Position numbers and translations under genes: made by a program | Part shown: positions 12,064 to 26,900 of the stretch, piece by piece | Layout of the letters: each line of letters begins with the position of its first letter | How positions within the stretch are numbered: position 1 is the first letter of the stretch | NCBI GenBank assembly: GCA_044892525.1 | Contig: CM097886.1 | Location: forward strand, 135,904,001 to 135,968,000 | Length of the DNA stretch: 64,000 nt | Source of the DNA: Schmidtea polychroa | Taxonomy: Eukaryota | Direction of reading: 5' to 3' | Notes under the pieces: model-generated | Told to the model about the DNA's origin: nothing | Databases searched by the model: none | The model's input: the letters and a program-made list of their open reading frames with translations, nothing else

Positions 12064-14679
12064 TTCTACAATTTGAATGTAGTTTCTAAAAAATTGACAT
12101 TCGATACAATTGATACTTTGAAAGGTTTAATTTTCAAACCATCTCTCCAAAAACTTCGACTAAACAGATTTTGTATAGAAAAAAATCTCTATTTAACTTT
12201 TATATTGAATATTTTACTTAAAGTAGTCATAGTATATATTTTATACACCAGCCTGTAGTCATTGAGGGAAATTAGGTTGTGTGTCAAACATTGATTTAAT
12301 TTTTATATTGTAACAATAATTTTCCGAAGTAATTTAACGAATAATTTTAATTTTATTAATATTATTATCAATTTTTTTTAATATTTTTTAGTATTAAAAA
12401 GGGAGAATTTTTATTTGTATTTCGATTTTTGAAGCTTATTTTGTTGAATTCGTAACATGAAAAATCTTGTCCCTTCGGCTTTTATCGGAAGAATAAATAA
12501 TACTATGAAATTGAGTTGCCATATATCCCGATTTAAATCGGACTGTGCTGATTTGTGATTAAGGAATTCTGACATTCCTGATTATAAACTAAGTTTAACG
12601 TTAAAAATTATAAAAAATTAATTGTAATGACTTGAATTATTTACTTTGCATATCCTCCAACATAAGCTGCTTAATAATAATAAATTGTTTTAGTTTAGTA
12701 AAATAATATTTCATTCATGGCTGCAGTGTTTTACATCTTATATTTTATAAATTGAACTACAATAAAAATAAATACTTCAAAGAAAGTTGTGACTAGAGGC
12801 TTTAGTAAAAAAAATTCCGTTGGATTTCATATTTGAGAGCAAATAATAGTTTTCTGAAATATAATAACTCTAAAAGCAAATTTTTTTTTTAAATTAAAAT
12901 TCATTCCTATAAATTCCATATGAGAAATATTACATCACAATATGAATTGTGTCATAAATGTCACACTATAGATTTAGTGATTATTGCTTCATGTCGCCTA
13001 ATTTTTTTATTTTTGAGTTAAATAGCATAGAAATCTTCAAATGATTTGAGCTCATTTAATATTACGTTTTAATATATTAACTAAGTTGTTGTTAAGTCAT
13101 GGTTATGTTATTATTATATTAAAACGTATTTCATATATTTAATATTATATTATTTATTAAAAATTAGATAAACAATTTTTTTATTTAAAATATTAAAACC
13201 CTAAATTACTTAAATAATTAAAAATGTATATTCTGGTATTCAATTTTTAAATGTCATGAAACATTTTCATCAACGTCTCTTATCTTAACTATTTCATGTG
13301 TTCTAACTGTTATCGTTGATTTAGGGACCCAAATTAGATATACTCAACGACTTATTGTAACCGTTAATATTGAACCAATAATAAATTGCACCAGCTTAAA
13401 AAATTATAGTTACCTAGATTAAATGTGCGTGCGCTATCAGTAAAATCAGCATTGAATAAAACCTGCGATATTAAAGAGAGATTTACAAAATAGGCAAATA
13501 GAAAAAAATCAAGAAAAAATCAATAAAAGAAAAATAAGAAAATATCATCAAAGTTCATAAAATTTTACGGCATCAATTATAGTATATAATTTCTACCAAT
13601 ATATATGGTAAAAATTTTTATGGAATATTAGATTTTAATGGTATATACAAATTTTCGAATTTGTGGACAAATATTTTTGTAAATAGATTTCAAATATGCA
13701 AAGTTTCAAATGGCTTAATATTGAGTAAACCAAAAACACGTGTCAATAATTGAAAAAGTCAAATTTCATCGTAGATTTCTAATAAGCTAACGAACCAGCA
13801 ATTCAGACAAACACAATAAATATTTATTTAATAAAAATGGTATTTTTGTTAATTTTACCCGTAAAACCAATAGATATTAATAAACATCAATAAAAATTCC
13901 CTTGAAAAATATTTATAATCAGAAAGTTTCACAAATTAAAGGTTAGATATAATATTTTATTGATTTATATTAATATTTTAAAAGCCCATATAAATAAAAA
14001 ATGTAAATGTTAATTTTAGTCACATTTTTTCGGGTATGTATTATAACTACTTATATCAATATAGAGTAATGTGGTGCTCAGTCCTCTCTGTCTACATTCC
14101 TAGTGATAGTGTTATCGAATAAAATCTAAAATGTTATTAAAAACTAAGTTCAACGGGAAGATTTTGGTTATAAAAGTTGCTCATTAGTTTAAAATAGTTA
14201 GAAATACAATACAATAGTTAGATAAGCAATAAAATGATAATTAGAGAAGCATTATTAAATGGACATATAAATACTTGATAGAAAGATTTTCAGAGTTGAA
14301 TATTGAAAATATTGAAATATTGAAAAATCAAGATCTAAATATATTAAAATATTACTTAAATCAACTTCCCAAAAATTACCGTAAAATATAATAAAAAGAG
14401 GTTATAAAAGTAACTTAAAAATATTTGTAGAACAATTCAGTTAACAGGAAAAAATCATTCTCACTGATTTATCATTTTTCTAAACAAGTCGAAAATGTTT
14501 GTCACAAAGGAAAAGCGTCAAAAATGTTGCCATTCTGATGTAAAACTAATCAAAATACTAAAATTTAAATTATAACACAAATGAGTGATTAAAATTAAAA
14601 TCGAATATTATAACGAGTAAATATGAGAATATAAGATAAAGTATTAAAGAAGTGTGTATGCAAAGGTTGATTTAGAAAC

Positions 14680-15124
14680 TATTTGCAAATGGATTCAATT
14701 ATCATGGGATGCAGTTAGTGAGGCAATTATTATCAAAGGATTCAAGAAATGTTGTTTGAGTAATGCTATGGATGGATCAGAAGACGATGTTATTTGACAG
14801 GACGATATATCTGATGTAGGGAATGAGGATGATGATATGGAAAATGAATTAATGTTTGAAGAAGTGGACGAGTCCATTGAGATTGAGAATTTGATAAAAA
14901 GTGAAGATGAAAATAATGATCTCTGTAATGAAAAAAACATTCTGTAACTAATAAAAAAATATTTTGTATTAATTTATGCTTTATTTCCCTTGCCCATACC
15001 GGGTTTTCATAAAATTTTCTGAGTAGGAAAAAATATTTCCTGTTATACCCATGTATAAGACGCACCACGATTATCATCCCCAAAAGTGATGAAAAAAAAG
15101 CGTCTTATATTCGGATAATTACGG
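14680..15124 (+). mobile_element. pogo-family transposon 3' fragment with right TIR
   Basis: WIQLSWDAVSEAIIIKGFKKCCLSNAMDGSEDD; ends cgtcttatattcggataattacgg followed by TA. Confidence 0.75.
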
Positions 15125-16229
15125 TAATGTGTTTGTTTTGAATATTTTTTTTGAAAATTAGGAAATAAAATTTAGTGCATGTGATGTTTTGTTTTAAATG
15201 ATTTGATTAATAAAATTCTTTTTTTAAATAAAATTTTTAATTTAATTTAATAAATTTGATTTATGATTTTTAAAGATTTCTCATAGTTTGTTTAAATAAG
15301 CAATTTAAATTCTGTATGTCATACAATCTCATAACATTTATTCGAATTACAAGCATCAGAATCCCCAGGTATAACTAATAATTGGAAATAATCAACAACT
15401 CCCGTATCTGATATACAATTCATTTATTTAGTTTCGGTTGCATATTCAAGTATTTCATCTATATCAGTGGATGATAAATTAAGAGCACTCATGCCCAACA
15501 TGGCACGAAAACAATTTTTGTGACACGTGGCAACATTGTCCACAAAATTTATTTGTAACTTATTTAACATTTATATGTATCGTGATTCGTGAATATCGCA
15601 TGAAAATAATTTTTTTCTCGCTCACTTTTGAATATATGTAATAGAAATGTTCTATTTTTCACTTATTCAATACAAACTGAACACTCAAAATTAACAGTTA
15701 ATATTTTTTAATTGAAGTTTTAGCGTAAAATTGAATTTTTACTGAGTGGTCTGTATAAAAAAATATGTATTGTTTTTATTTTTTTTTGTGTCTAATAGCG
15801 GATATGATACAATCTTAATTAAATCAAAGAGTGTAAAATAGCCGCAAATATATTTTTTGCTGTTGTAAAAATCCATGTGTCAATAAAAATAGGTACAAAT
15901 AATTAATTATTACATTACAGAATTACTTTTGTTTTGACTAATTCAACTGTCCATATTTCGTTACGAAGCGATTAACAGCTTAGGTAAGCCAGGTTAAAAT
16001 TAACCTGTTGACTGCCACCATATAAATGAAAACATGTACCGCCTAGTTGGCACAAAGCACAAATTATATGTTATCAAAATTCATATACTTAGTTAAATAA
16101 TTCAATACAACATTTACAAAACTACATAAGAAAATAAAAATAATTTATTATTTATCATTTTTAATTTCCAGGTAATATTTAGGTATTTGAAATAGTTTTA
16201 TCCACTATTTTAAAAAATGTCACAAAAAA

Positions 16230-16624
16230 ATCAGAATGTCTTTTCAAAAATACTATACGGATGAGTACGTATTAATTCAGCATAAAGATAAATGCTTTTG
16301 TGTGATGTGCGTATTGATGAATGTATTTTATGTCAAACGTCTTCAGTTAAGCGTCATTTCGAAACGCACCATAAGATTATATTATCCAAAGCAAATGACG
16401 AGAGAAAAGAAATTATTGAGCAAGAGTCAAATTTACTTTCAAAATTTATTCGAACGCCGAATAATATTACAACTGCGAATTATGAAATATGCCGTGAAAT
16501 TGCTAATATGGGAAAACTTTTAATAGCGGATTTTATAATAACTGTTTTCTTGAAAACTGCGTCTGTACAATTTGAAGATTTTGACAATAAAGACAAAATT
16601 ATTGAAGGAATTCAAAATTTGTAA
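16230..16624 (+). mobile_element. hAT (GTF2IRD2/Buster-like) transposase N-terminal fragment
   Basis: FQKYYTDEYVLIQHKDKCFCVMC...SSVKRHFETHH BED-finger-like segment with a frameshift. Confidence 0.65.
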
Positions 16625-16915
16625 TTTTACCCAAAAAATTATTTAGGAGATATCCGAACACGATCTTTTCATTGTTAACTTTTAAAATTATTCAGGATTT
16701 CCACACTTGCAAAATTTTAAATCATTAATTTTGGAAAACTTTAACTCATTCAGCGTTCAGTACCGAGTTAAAAAAAATTACAGCGAATTCTGGAATTCAG
16801 TGAACCAAGAACTTAATTTCACTTAATCATAATTTGATAAATCGGTAATTTTCATGATTTTAATTAATTAATATGATTTTAATGTTAATTTGATATAATA
16901 ACTCATATGTCATTT

Positions 16916-17120
16916 TTAGAAGGTATTTTTAATATAGGTAATAGCATCGTCATAGTAGAGTTGAGGACCGTAATCTTGTTCGGGGTACCCTCGGGTTGCT
17001 CGTACTGGTGGGTGTATGTGATCTTCAGCCTCTCGGTTGACAATTGGGCCGAAATGTGAAGTCTTTTTCACGGGTCCGTCGCCGGTAGATGCCAGAGAGT
17101 CGACAGAAAATACTGGAGTA
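16916..17120 (-). CDS. Small GC-rich exon ('ORF X') with a decayed homolog at 59350-59500
   Basis: DGPVKKTSHFGP..HPPVRATRGYPEQDYGPQL; nucleotide similarity gcgacggacccgtg..cacatt(t/a)cggccca..cccacca..g(a/g)ggtacc. Confidence 0.45.
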
Positions 17121-18549
17121 CAGTGCATAAATAGAAGTTGAATCAAAAATGAAATCGAGAATATCGTTGAGCAGGGATGAATTTCGAAAAGCGAGGTGAT
17201 TGAGGCGTCATAAATCTGAGATAGCGGAATATTCCCTCTATCACATAATCGTGATCATCTGAATAAAATTTAGCTAGGCTTGAAATTTGAAATTCGTATG
17301 ACAGGGACAACATTCGACTTATTCTACATCGGCATGATTAATTCAATCGCTAGAACGACATCGAGATTCATTAAACACTATGCTAAAACATGAAATTCCA
17401 ATCAGATCTTGAAAAATTTAGGAAAACTAGTCTATTTCGCAATCTTGCAATATCCGTACAAACCGATCTGTTAACACCATGAAATCGTTCGAAATTTTCA
17501 TCATCCACAAAAGTCTACTGGAAATAGCATAGGGAACATAACTCTCCAGTGATGCACGCAAAGTGATAATCAAATTCGATTATTGAGATCAATCAGGTGC
17601 TAGGAATAATTTCATCAGACATAGTACGTAACGGTAGAGATAAGCTACACAACAGCTATATGGATATTTCGATTTAATCTACACGTAACACAGACATTCT
17701 ATATCTCAGGCCATAGGAAAATCAACTGCTGATGTTAGATAAATTTTACAAACCGATACTTAACAGTCACTTGGAACTGCACGTTTTCCAACATTGACTT
17801 CATATAATCTAAACCACCTTTCGAAATCACATCGAGAATTAGATAAGACCAACTCACTGGATAATTAAAACTACTGTAAGATAACGGCCTGATTAATCTA
17901 CTCGTTGAGTGACAATAATTAGATAATTAGTTAGACAATTTCGATCAACGTTTTGTGTTAAATTGATGAGCTATCACTAATCTATATCATTGAAATTTCA
18001 TTGATTATTTTCAATTTTTAAAAATAACATGGAAATTTGAAAAATTCCAATAATATAATATTAAAATAAATATATGCATTTTAAATGAATTATAATTAAA
18101 TTTTAATAAGATGATGAGCACAATAATAAATATTTATTATAATAAATACTGTAGAAGTCGAGAAATTTTTGACAAAATTTTTATTCTCTTTTCTAATTCG
18201 ACTTAAAGCGAGTCATAAAAACGAACAATTTATTTTTATATGAAATTGAAAAATCACAGTAAATTTAATTTTTAAAAAATACTTTTAATGAATTGTAAAT
18301 TATTTATTTAACATCTTAGTTAATATATTTCTAAATATATTTATTGTAAATATTTCAAAGGATTAATAATTAACAATAATTGAATAATCACATTTTTTAT
18401 TTAAAATTAAAAAATAAATTTGAAAAATTCTACTCTTAAAGAAATGAAACTAAGTCGAAATTCACATGAAGCTGGATTTAAATTACCAGTGGTGGATTTG
18501 CTGAGGCTGATTGGAATTCAAGAGCAACAAGAGAATATAATTAATGAGA

Positions 18550-19100
18550 AGCTTGTGCGTGATTAGGGAAGAAAAAGTGAAATTTCTAAAATTCCCGGAT
18601 AAAACATGCATAAAGAAAACGAGTTCAATAAAATTACTGTGACAAGTATCTAAATCAAGAGAATATTGCAACGTTTAAAGCATTTCCTAAGTGGTGCACT
18701 ATAATTATGGAACGTAAGTTTTTAACTTAGAGAACCAAAATTGGACAAAACTTCCACCTTCTCCAGAAGACAAAATGTAATCTTGCTATTAATCTTCGCA
18801 AAAAAAGTAGGATGGTATATAGATGAAACATCGATTACAATCGAGCCAGGAAATCGAACTACAGACTCAGTTGATTAAAAACTATTAATATAATAAAGAC
18901 TACTGCTCATGAAAGAACCTATTTTACAATTGTTCTAACATGTATGGTTGATTATGTAAAATTGAAGTCTGTTAAAATAGTCAAACGAAAAGTTCAAAAT
19001 TCTCAACAAGAATTAATGTGCAGGCGATTTCTAAAGGATGGGTGAGTGGATGAACAAAGGATGAAATATGGTTAAGAAATGTTTGGGACAAATTACATCG
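18550..19100 (+). mobile_element. pogo (POGK-like) transposase internal fragment
   Basis: IDETSI, IKTTAHERTYFTIVLTCM and WVDEQ..WLRNVW motifs. Confidence 0.7.
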
Positions 19101-19255
19101 GCCATATTATAGATTAAATTTTTGTGTTCTTCATCTTGAGAACTACCCCTAGATTTTGATGAAATTATATGCAAAAAGCGATTTAGTTTTGATTTTATGA
19201 AATTGGGGTTAAATCAATAATTAGGAGTAATTAAAATCATATACTTATTAAAATC

Positions 19256-19786
19256 AGTAGTAGGATATGTCACCACTGGCACATGTCACCTCTGTCACAC
19301 GCCCCTCTAAAAATGAAAAAATTTCTAAGTCTAAAAGTACATTTTTTCAAAGTCATTTAAACAAAGACATTATGACTCATCAAGGTCATTAGAACAAATA
19401 CCATGGCTCGTTCAAGGTCATTGGATGACTCATCAATAGTATGGCATCGCTAACATACTTAATAATATTTTTGAAAAATAATAATAAAATAATATTCTTG
19501 AAAATAATATGCTCTTGATGAGTCATACGACCTTGGGAATTGCCTTGGATGAGTCGTGTGGCCTTGGGAATGACCTTGATGAGTCATCCAATGTCCTTGA
19601 ATGAGTCGTAGTCTTTGTCCTAATGACATTCTTGGGTCATCCAATGACCTTGAGTGAGTCATGGTCTTTGTTCTAATGACCTTGTGAGTCATGGTGTCTT
19701 TGTTTAAATGACTTTGAAAATGTACTTTTAGACTTAGAAAAAAATTTCATTTTTAGGGGGTGCCAGTGGTGACATATCCTACTACT
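19256..19786. mobile_element. Miniature non-autonomous element with Polinton/Maverick-type ends
   Basis: Perfect 27-bp TIR AGTAGTAGGATATGTCACCACTGGCAC; 6-bp TSD AAAATC (19250-19255, 19787-19792); long imperfect inverted arms and ~21-bp internal repeats (tgactcatcaaggtcat). Confidence 0.75.
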
Positions 19787-20432
19787 AAAATCATATAATT
19801 TAAAATAAACAAAAAATGTTATTGATTGTATAATTAATATAGTTAATCAATCCAATTTTAATATTCTAATTTTATGTAAATTAACAGTTTATTCGATATA
19901 TGAAATGTAGCAATTAATTTAAATTTATTAAAATTTATCAGCAGACTCGTTTATTGTTTGTTCTTTTAGTTTCACATATTTTATTACGATTATAAAGCAA
20001 TTGTGTGTTAAATAGTGATAAAAATTTATATACAGTCGTAATGAAAATAAATGAAATTTTAATTATTTACAACAAAACTCGATTATCGAGAGAATTTGAA
20101 TAAAACAATTAATGATATGGGACAACTGGATCAATGGAACTGTCTTTTTGTCAAAATATGGTTTGACAGCGTTACATATTTTATATTTCAGTCAAATGCA
20201 AGAGAATCGATTGAATAAGCAACTGATTAGTATGTAAACCAATGATGGAACAGTATAGAAAAGCTAGCAAAGTCAGAATGTTTTACTCAGATAATGTTAT
20301 CGGAAATTAAATGAATTTGTTAGAATAATAATAATTTTAAGATTTCCAAAAATAAATATTAAATATGTTAAAAAATGAAGATGTGAAAAGAAATTTTAGA
20401 CGCCAATTAATAAATAACAATTCAATCAATCA

Positions 20433-20600
<168 letters not shown>

Positions 20601-20749
20601 TTAATTTGAATTGATAACTTTATCTAATTATTACATTAGCGTATATAGTGGTGTATTTAGGGGAATATGCTTATGTTTAAAATTTTATTAATCCCTTAAC
20701 CTTGCAAAAATGTTGAAAATGTTTTCGGAAACAGTATTTTTTTGTTTAA

Positions 20750-20954
20750 CACATTCACTCTGGCTCTGATTTTCATGCTGCGCATCATCTTACGGCGCAG
20801 TTTATGTTTATGCGTCTAATAACACAATCAAATACGTCCCACCTGTGGTACGCACCGCCAGATAATGCGGTCTAGTGCAGATCACCGGTGGTACGTGCCA
20901 CCCAATGGAACAAGTTAGTGTGAGTCACCGGTGATCCGCGTCGGCGTGAACGTG
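20750..20954. mobile_element. piggyBac-type MITE
   Basis: TTAA on both sides; imperfect TIR CACATTCACTC / CACGTTCACGC. Confidence 0.6.
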
Positions 20955-23900
20955 TTAAATTATATACATTAAGCCGCTTTGACAAAATAGAATTAGAATT
21001 TTAATAGTAATTTTATGCAGCTATATAAATTATAATCTCTTCGTGGTGTTTAGGATACCTAAATAATTAAATTAAATAATTATTAAAGTGAACCAAATGA
21101 GTGGAGGGAAATATACAAAATGTTGCTCCAGAATTCTAAAAAGTAGAAATGAGGAGAATAAATTGAAAAATGGCAGAAAATCAATAAAATTAAACAATGA
21201 AATACGACAAAGCCGTTAATAATAAAAAGGTACAAGTTGAAAAAAGAAAACAACAAAATGAAAACGGAATTTCTTTATCTTGACAGCTTGGACGAGCTAC
21301 CTAATAAACCACCGGAGATGTCGACAAAATTAAAAAGAAAAGGCAATCAAAATTTTATATTTTAACAGCTACTTGAGATAACAAGAATGAAAAGAAATGA
21401 CGGAGATTGCAAAAAAATAACGAAAACATGTGCCAGCAAATAACAACCTACAAAATGGAGCGATAAATGGAGAAAACAGAAAACCTACAAGAGATATAAA
21501 GAAAAATATACGAAATATTTCGAGAAAAGTAGAGAAGTGGAGAAACAGTTTCACCGGGATTAAAGAAAGCAGCCGATGGATATTAGCATATCAAGGAAGT
21601 TGGAACGGAGCGATCATTAATCTGGATTAACACTTACTGTGCATCGTAATAAGTTCTGAGTTTTAATTGGTGAATCTTTTGTGAAATTGTGTTAGAAGAA
21701 ATCAAATCGATTGTAATTAGGATAGACAATAAATATTAGTAATATCGAGAACTTGTCATTGTTGTTAATGTCAAGAAATGCTTGAAATCAGATCAATAAT
21801 TGATAATATTTTATTTCAGCGTCAACCCCGTAAAGTATAATACAATAACTTTCTGCGAAATTCAATAAATTATTATATTTATTTCAAAAATATTGATTTC
21901 CTCTCCGTTTTTTTAAATATGCAAAATTCCTAAATTTTTATATTTTAATTTTTAAAAAAATCTTGCATTTCTAATAATCTTTCCAAAGTTAAATATTCCT
22001 TATTATTTTGCATCAGTTTTGTGATGTGTTTTCAACTGAGAATTAAATATTTTAATGATTTATTAAGATAATTTTAAATGATAAATAATGAACTATTAAA
22101 AGGTTTTAAAATATAAGTTTTATTAGTAAATAATTTTTAAATAAATATATTTTAAATATCGAAATTTTAATAAATATTTTTGAAAATATTTTATTCAATG
22201 CTGAAAATTTGTTTGAAAATTATACAATATTTCATTAAATAAATACTTGGAATTATGACGTTATCTTGTGAACCTGATTTAAAAAATAATTTAGAAGATG
22301 TTCTAGCAACTTCTAATAAGTTTGATTAATTAAATTTTGTCTATTGAAATTTTCAAATATTAAATTATGTTAATTTTATGATTATAATATACATTAGGTA
22401 ACAAATTAATTGTCACTCTTACAATTGACTACTATTGCATCGTCTAATTTTTTTTTGTATAGCAAATGCGGTTCAACTATATTAAGCGATTCCTTTAAAT
22501 TAATTGTTTCTTCATGATACATATGTTCCATAACTATAATTAAAACGAGCAGTATTCATTCCACCAGAGATTTAGCGAAGAACTGTAAATAGTTCCAGAA
22601 TTTCTTATAACACCTGATTCATCGTTGAAATTCAACTTCGATATATATTCCAAAATAGATAGAAATTTATTGCTTGCAAATCGTTGATTTTAAATAACGC
22701 AATTTTAAAATAATTCAATTCATTTAACTTTATTTTAAAAAATTAATAACTTTTCAATAATTTTGATACCAACGGACAATTGATAATCATCTAGTGGACA
22801 TTGTTTAGGCTTTTTATAATATAAATATTAACTTGCCTATAATAAAATGTGTTTGTGTGTGTGTCATAGCCAGAAGTGACATTGAATTAGCTTTGTGACA
22901 TTAAATAGGCAATTACACTATAAAAAGATAGAAATCGCTGTTGGATGAAAAATAAATAGACACAAACATGGTTCACATAATTTCTATAATAAAAAATGCA
23001 CACAATAGGACATTGATTAAGCTTACGGACATAAGCTAAAAATTTTCAATTTTAAGACACAAATAACTATAAAAATATTTGAGGATATTTCAGAAGCTTC
23101 TTCAGACTCGACTATTCCATTTCAAGAAATTTTCATTAAACTTTAGTTATTTTATAAAATCTTTATATAGAATAACCATTGCTGATAGAAAAAGGATCAT
23201 TAACACTAGATTTACGGAACCCGTCAATCTGACCGATTCAATTTTTAAAATTAAAAATACAAGAGAAATATTATTTTTTCCAATTTTTTTATGTTGGTTA
23301 TTAATGATAGAATGATACGCGAATATATTACTATCCTCTTTTGTCGCCCTTTTAATTTAGCGGAAATGTGTTGTATATACCTATTTTTACAGACACCCGT
23401 CAAATTGGCGGGTTATGAATAGACCCATTGTTTTCCCTTCGCCTGCTCCGATTTTATGCAACGATGCACGTGTATTTATTAGGTCATTGCATTCTAGATC
23501 TCACTAAATAAGATAACAGTACATAAAAAAAAGATATGTCATCAGTCTTAAACTAACAAGCGACTGTTGCAATTCGAAAGCGAAAGTGAACTTTTGAAAA
23601 GTGTATTTGTTGTGAAAAACTCGTTTACTGTGTATATCACATGTGAGACAGACATTTTTATCCGATTTGTGATATATATTTTTATGTGATTTACGTTTTA
23701 CTTTCTAATTGAAAATCTGGATTCCAGAGGTATGTTTTTGGAAAATATTTGTTTATTATAGATTATAGATATAAATTCATAATTACTTTTAGAATACACT
23801 ATTATCTATTACGAAAAAGTAAAAAAATATTCTGATTTGACTTGATTTGAAATTTCCTAAAAAAGGTACGTAATTTGAAAATCTACAACATATTTATTTT

Positions 23901-26900
23901 TATGATCATGAAAAAATATATGTTCATTTATTTTATAGAGGTTAGCTACTATAGACAAACAACGAAAACAACATGAATGGTTACAAAAAAGAATTCATAT
24001 AAACGAAGACTTATCTGATACTGAATCAGATGCACAAGAAAACGATGATGAAATTGTGGAAGAAAACAACGAAATTGAACTTTCCGATAGCGAAAATGAA
24101 CATTTTGGTAAGGATGTGTATTCTTTCATACTCTGAAAACGAAAGTGACATGGATATTACTGAGATATCTTATAATGAGAACAATTTGACCGAAAAATCT
24201 TCTGATGGGACTATATGGCAAATAGAAGGTGGAGAGTGGTAGACCACCAGCTTATCTCACTGCCTATGCTAAAAGAAACATCATGTTCGGTAATGTAATT
24301 AGTGCATTCCAGCTCATAATTGATAATAAAATAATGGATTATATCAAAATTTGCACTGAAACTTAAGCATGCAAAGTTTTGAAAAAGGAATGGACTATTA
24401 CAAATTTCCAAGTACGGGCTTTTCTAGCAATTTTATATGCACGGGAAGTATATGAAGCAAAATGCTTGAAAACTTCTCATTTATGGTCAAAGAAATGGGG
24501 ATCTGCCTTCTATTCGCAAACAATGTCTAGGGACAAATTTATGGAAGTCCTTAGATTTAAACGTTTTGACAAAAGAAATGAACGAAGTGAACGTTAGAAA
24601 ACTGATAAATTCGATTTAGTTTCCAGAATATGGAATAGATTTATTGAAAATAGTCAGAATTGTTTCAAACCTGTCGCAAATATTACAGTCGATGAACAAC
24701 TATTTCCAACAAAGGCTAGATGCCGATTTCTTCAGTACTTGCCAAATAAACCAGACAAATTCGGCATAAAATTTTGGTTAGCATCGGATGTAAAAAGTAA
24801 ATATCTTATAAATGGTTTCCCATATTTGGGTAAAGATGAAATGCTAACGTCAAACATACCTTTGGGTGAATATGTAGTACTCAAACTTCCTGACCCATAT
24901 TTAGGTTGTGGACGAAATATAACCACAGGCAATTTTTTTACTAGTCTTCCACTAGCAAAAAAATTACTTTAGTTGGAACTATCCGTTGGAATAAAAGAGA
25001 AATGCAAAAAATTGCAAAAACTAAAAATGATAATATGATTCGATTTTCAACAAAATTTTATAAATCAGAAAATTACATTCTCAACATTTACATAAGGAAA
25101 CCAAAAAAAGAAAGTATTGTTACTAAATTTAAGCCTTGAATCGGTTAAAATTGAAAACAATGCAAACCTTGTCCCAGAAAGTGTAGCTTTTTCCAAAAAA
25201 ACTAAATGTGGAATTGATGTTTTGGATCAAATGGCGCGAAAATATAGTGTAAAAGCAGGATCTCGTAGATGGCCTCTGCAAGTGTTTTATAACATCTTAG
25301 ACTTAGCAGCAACAAATGCATCGAGTTTATATAAAGAGATTACTGGAGTAAAGATATCAAGAAAAAATTTTATTTTTCAATTGGCCGAAGAACTAGCAAA
25401 TGACAACATAGATGCCCCCAGTTCTAGTTCCAACCTACCATCTAATATATCAAATATACGTAATCGTAAGTCTTGTCAAATAGGTTTGTGTAAAAAAATA
25501 GATCTAACAATTGTTGGGCTAGAACTGATTTCTAGACCCAAACTTATAATTGTGACTGAAACGTGTAGGTACACAACATGCAAAAAGCAAGAAGTATAGT
25601 TAAATATTAAAAACTACAACAAATAAACAATAGTGATTAAAGGAAAAAAACAACAGAAACCTAAACACAGAAATTAAATAAAATTATCCAAAAGCAAGAA
25701 GCGATGCAAAAATAGAACTCAAAAACAACCAAATAAACACAGATAAACATAAAACAGACTCGAACAACTTAAAAGACGATAAAAACCGAAAAAATTCCAG
25801 AAAAACCCAGAACATTCCATTAAAATGGCGATGACCATCACAAAAGCCAGCTAGAACAATAAAAGTTAGAGAAAATTAATAAATTAGTATTAAAAATAAT
25901 AAATCTTAAAAAGAAATTCACAAAAGATCAGCTAGAATAAAAAAAAAATTAAAAATTAACATGGAATGTTCTGGAACCGTTCCAAATCCACCATGGACGG
26001 CAAATTAACAAAAAATAATTAAAAAATAAAAATATAAAAATAAAAACAAAAATTATGGCACAAAAATTGCCATTAAAAATAGCAAAATCGTAAAATAGAA
26101 AATTCTGGAATAAAAAGAATTCGAGTTTGTTTTAATGCATCAATACATACACGTGTACAAAATAGGTATATATACCGACACGTTTCGGGCATAATTTAGT
26201 CATTTATGCCAAAATTTTTTGTTGACCAAATTTTGAAGGAAACTGATAGTAGGTATTTTTTTTTGATTGCATTGTTTTTATGTTAACCATGTATGTAATT
26301 ATTTTAATGAACACCATTCTATAATTAAATTATTCTTACTAAATTCGTTGTTATTTAGATAAATATGACTGATCAGCGGCGTCACTGTGAGTCGCTATTC
26401 CGTCCTGCATTCGGGAATATCGAATAAAAATTTTTTATGCAATCTACCAACATGCATTATTCGTACTATATTAATCGATACTATACGACTTTTTTTTGTT
26501 CGGGTCCTTCGGAGGTCTAACTACTTCATGGTCCTGCCATGGAGTTAGGTCGAGGAAAACCTCCGTCTGACTCTTTGTATTTATGTAAGGTCGACGGTAA
26601 ATGGTTGACTCAACACTCAACACTAAGGTTTGTGGAAGTGGTCACAGTGGGGCCATGGAAGCAATATTCTTCCCGACTTTGTACGTAATACAAATTTAAA
26701 ATCAACATTAAAAATCAATGTCAAATATCTCTACAATAAGGTCTTAATCTGAGTAGAACTCATACCTAACCTTACACAATTCTGCAATCACCTTAATGAA
26801 GTCGGTTGATCAATAATAGCCATTCCAGTTGTACTCAGACATATGCCGAATCCGATTTTGATAATAGAAATTTGTAGTAACTCAAGTAATAGAAATGATA

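Noticed and set aside
21280-21630. K/E-rich gag-like fragment
   Set aside because: Only vague compositional similarity to 38400-38700; no diagnostic motif.
26165-26215. CGAAACGTGTCGG with upstream hairpin (minus strand) as a hammerhead
   Set aside because: CUGANGA core absent; at most a dead remnant.
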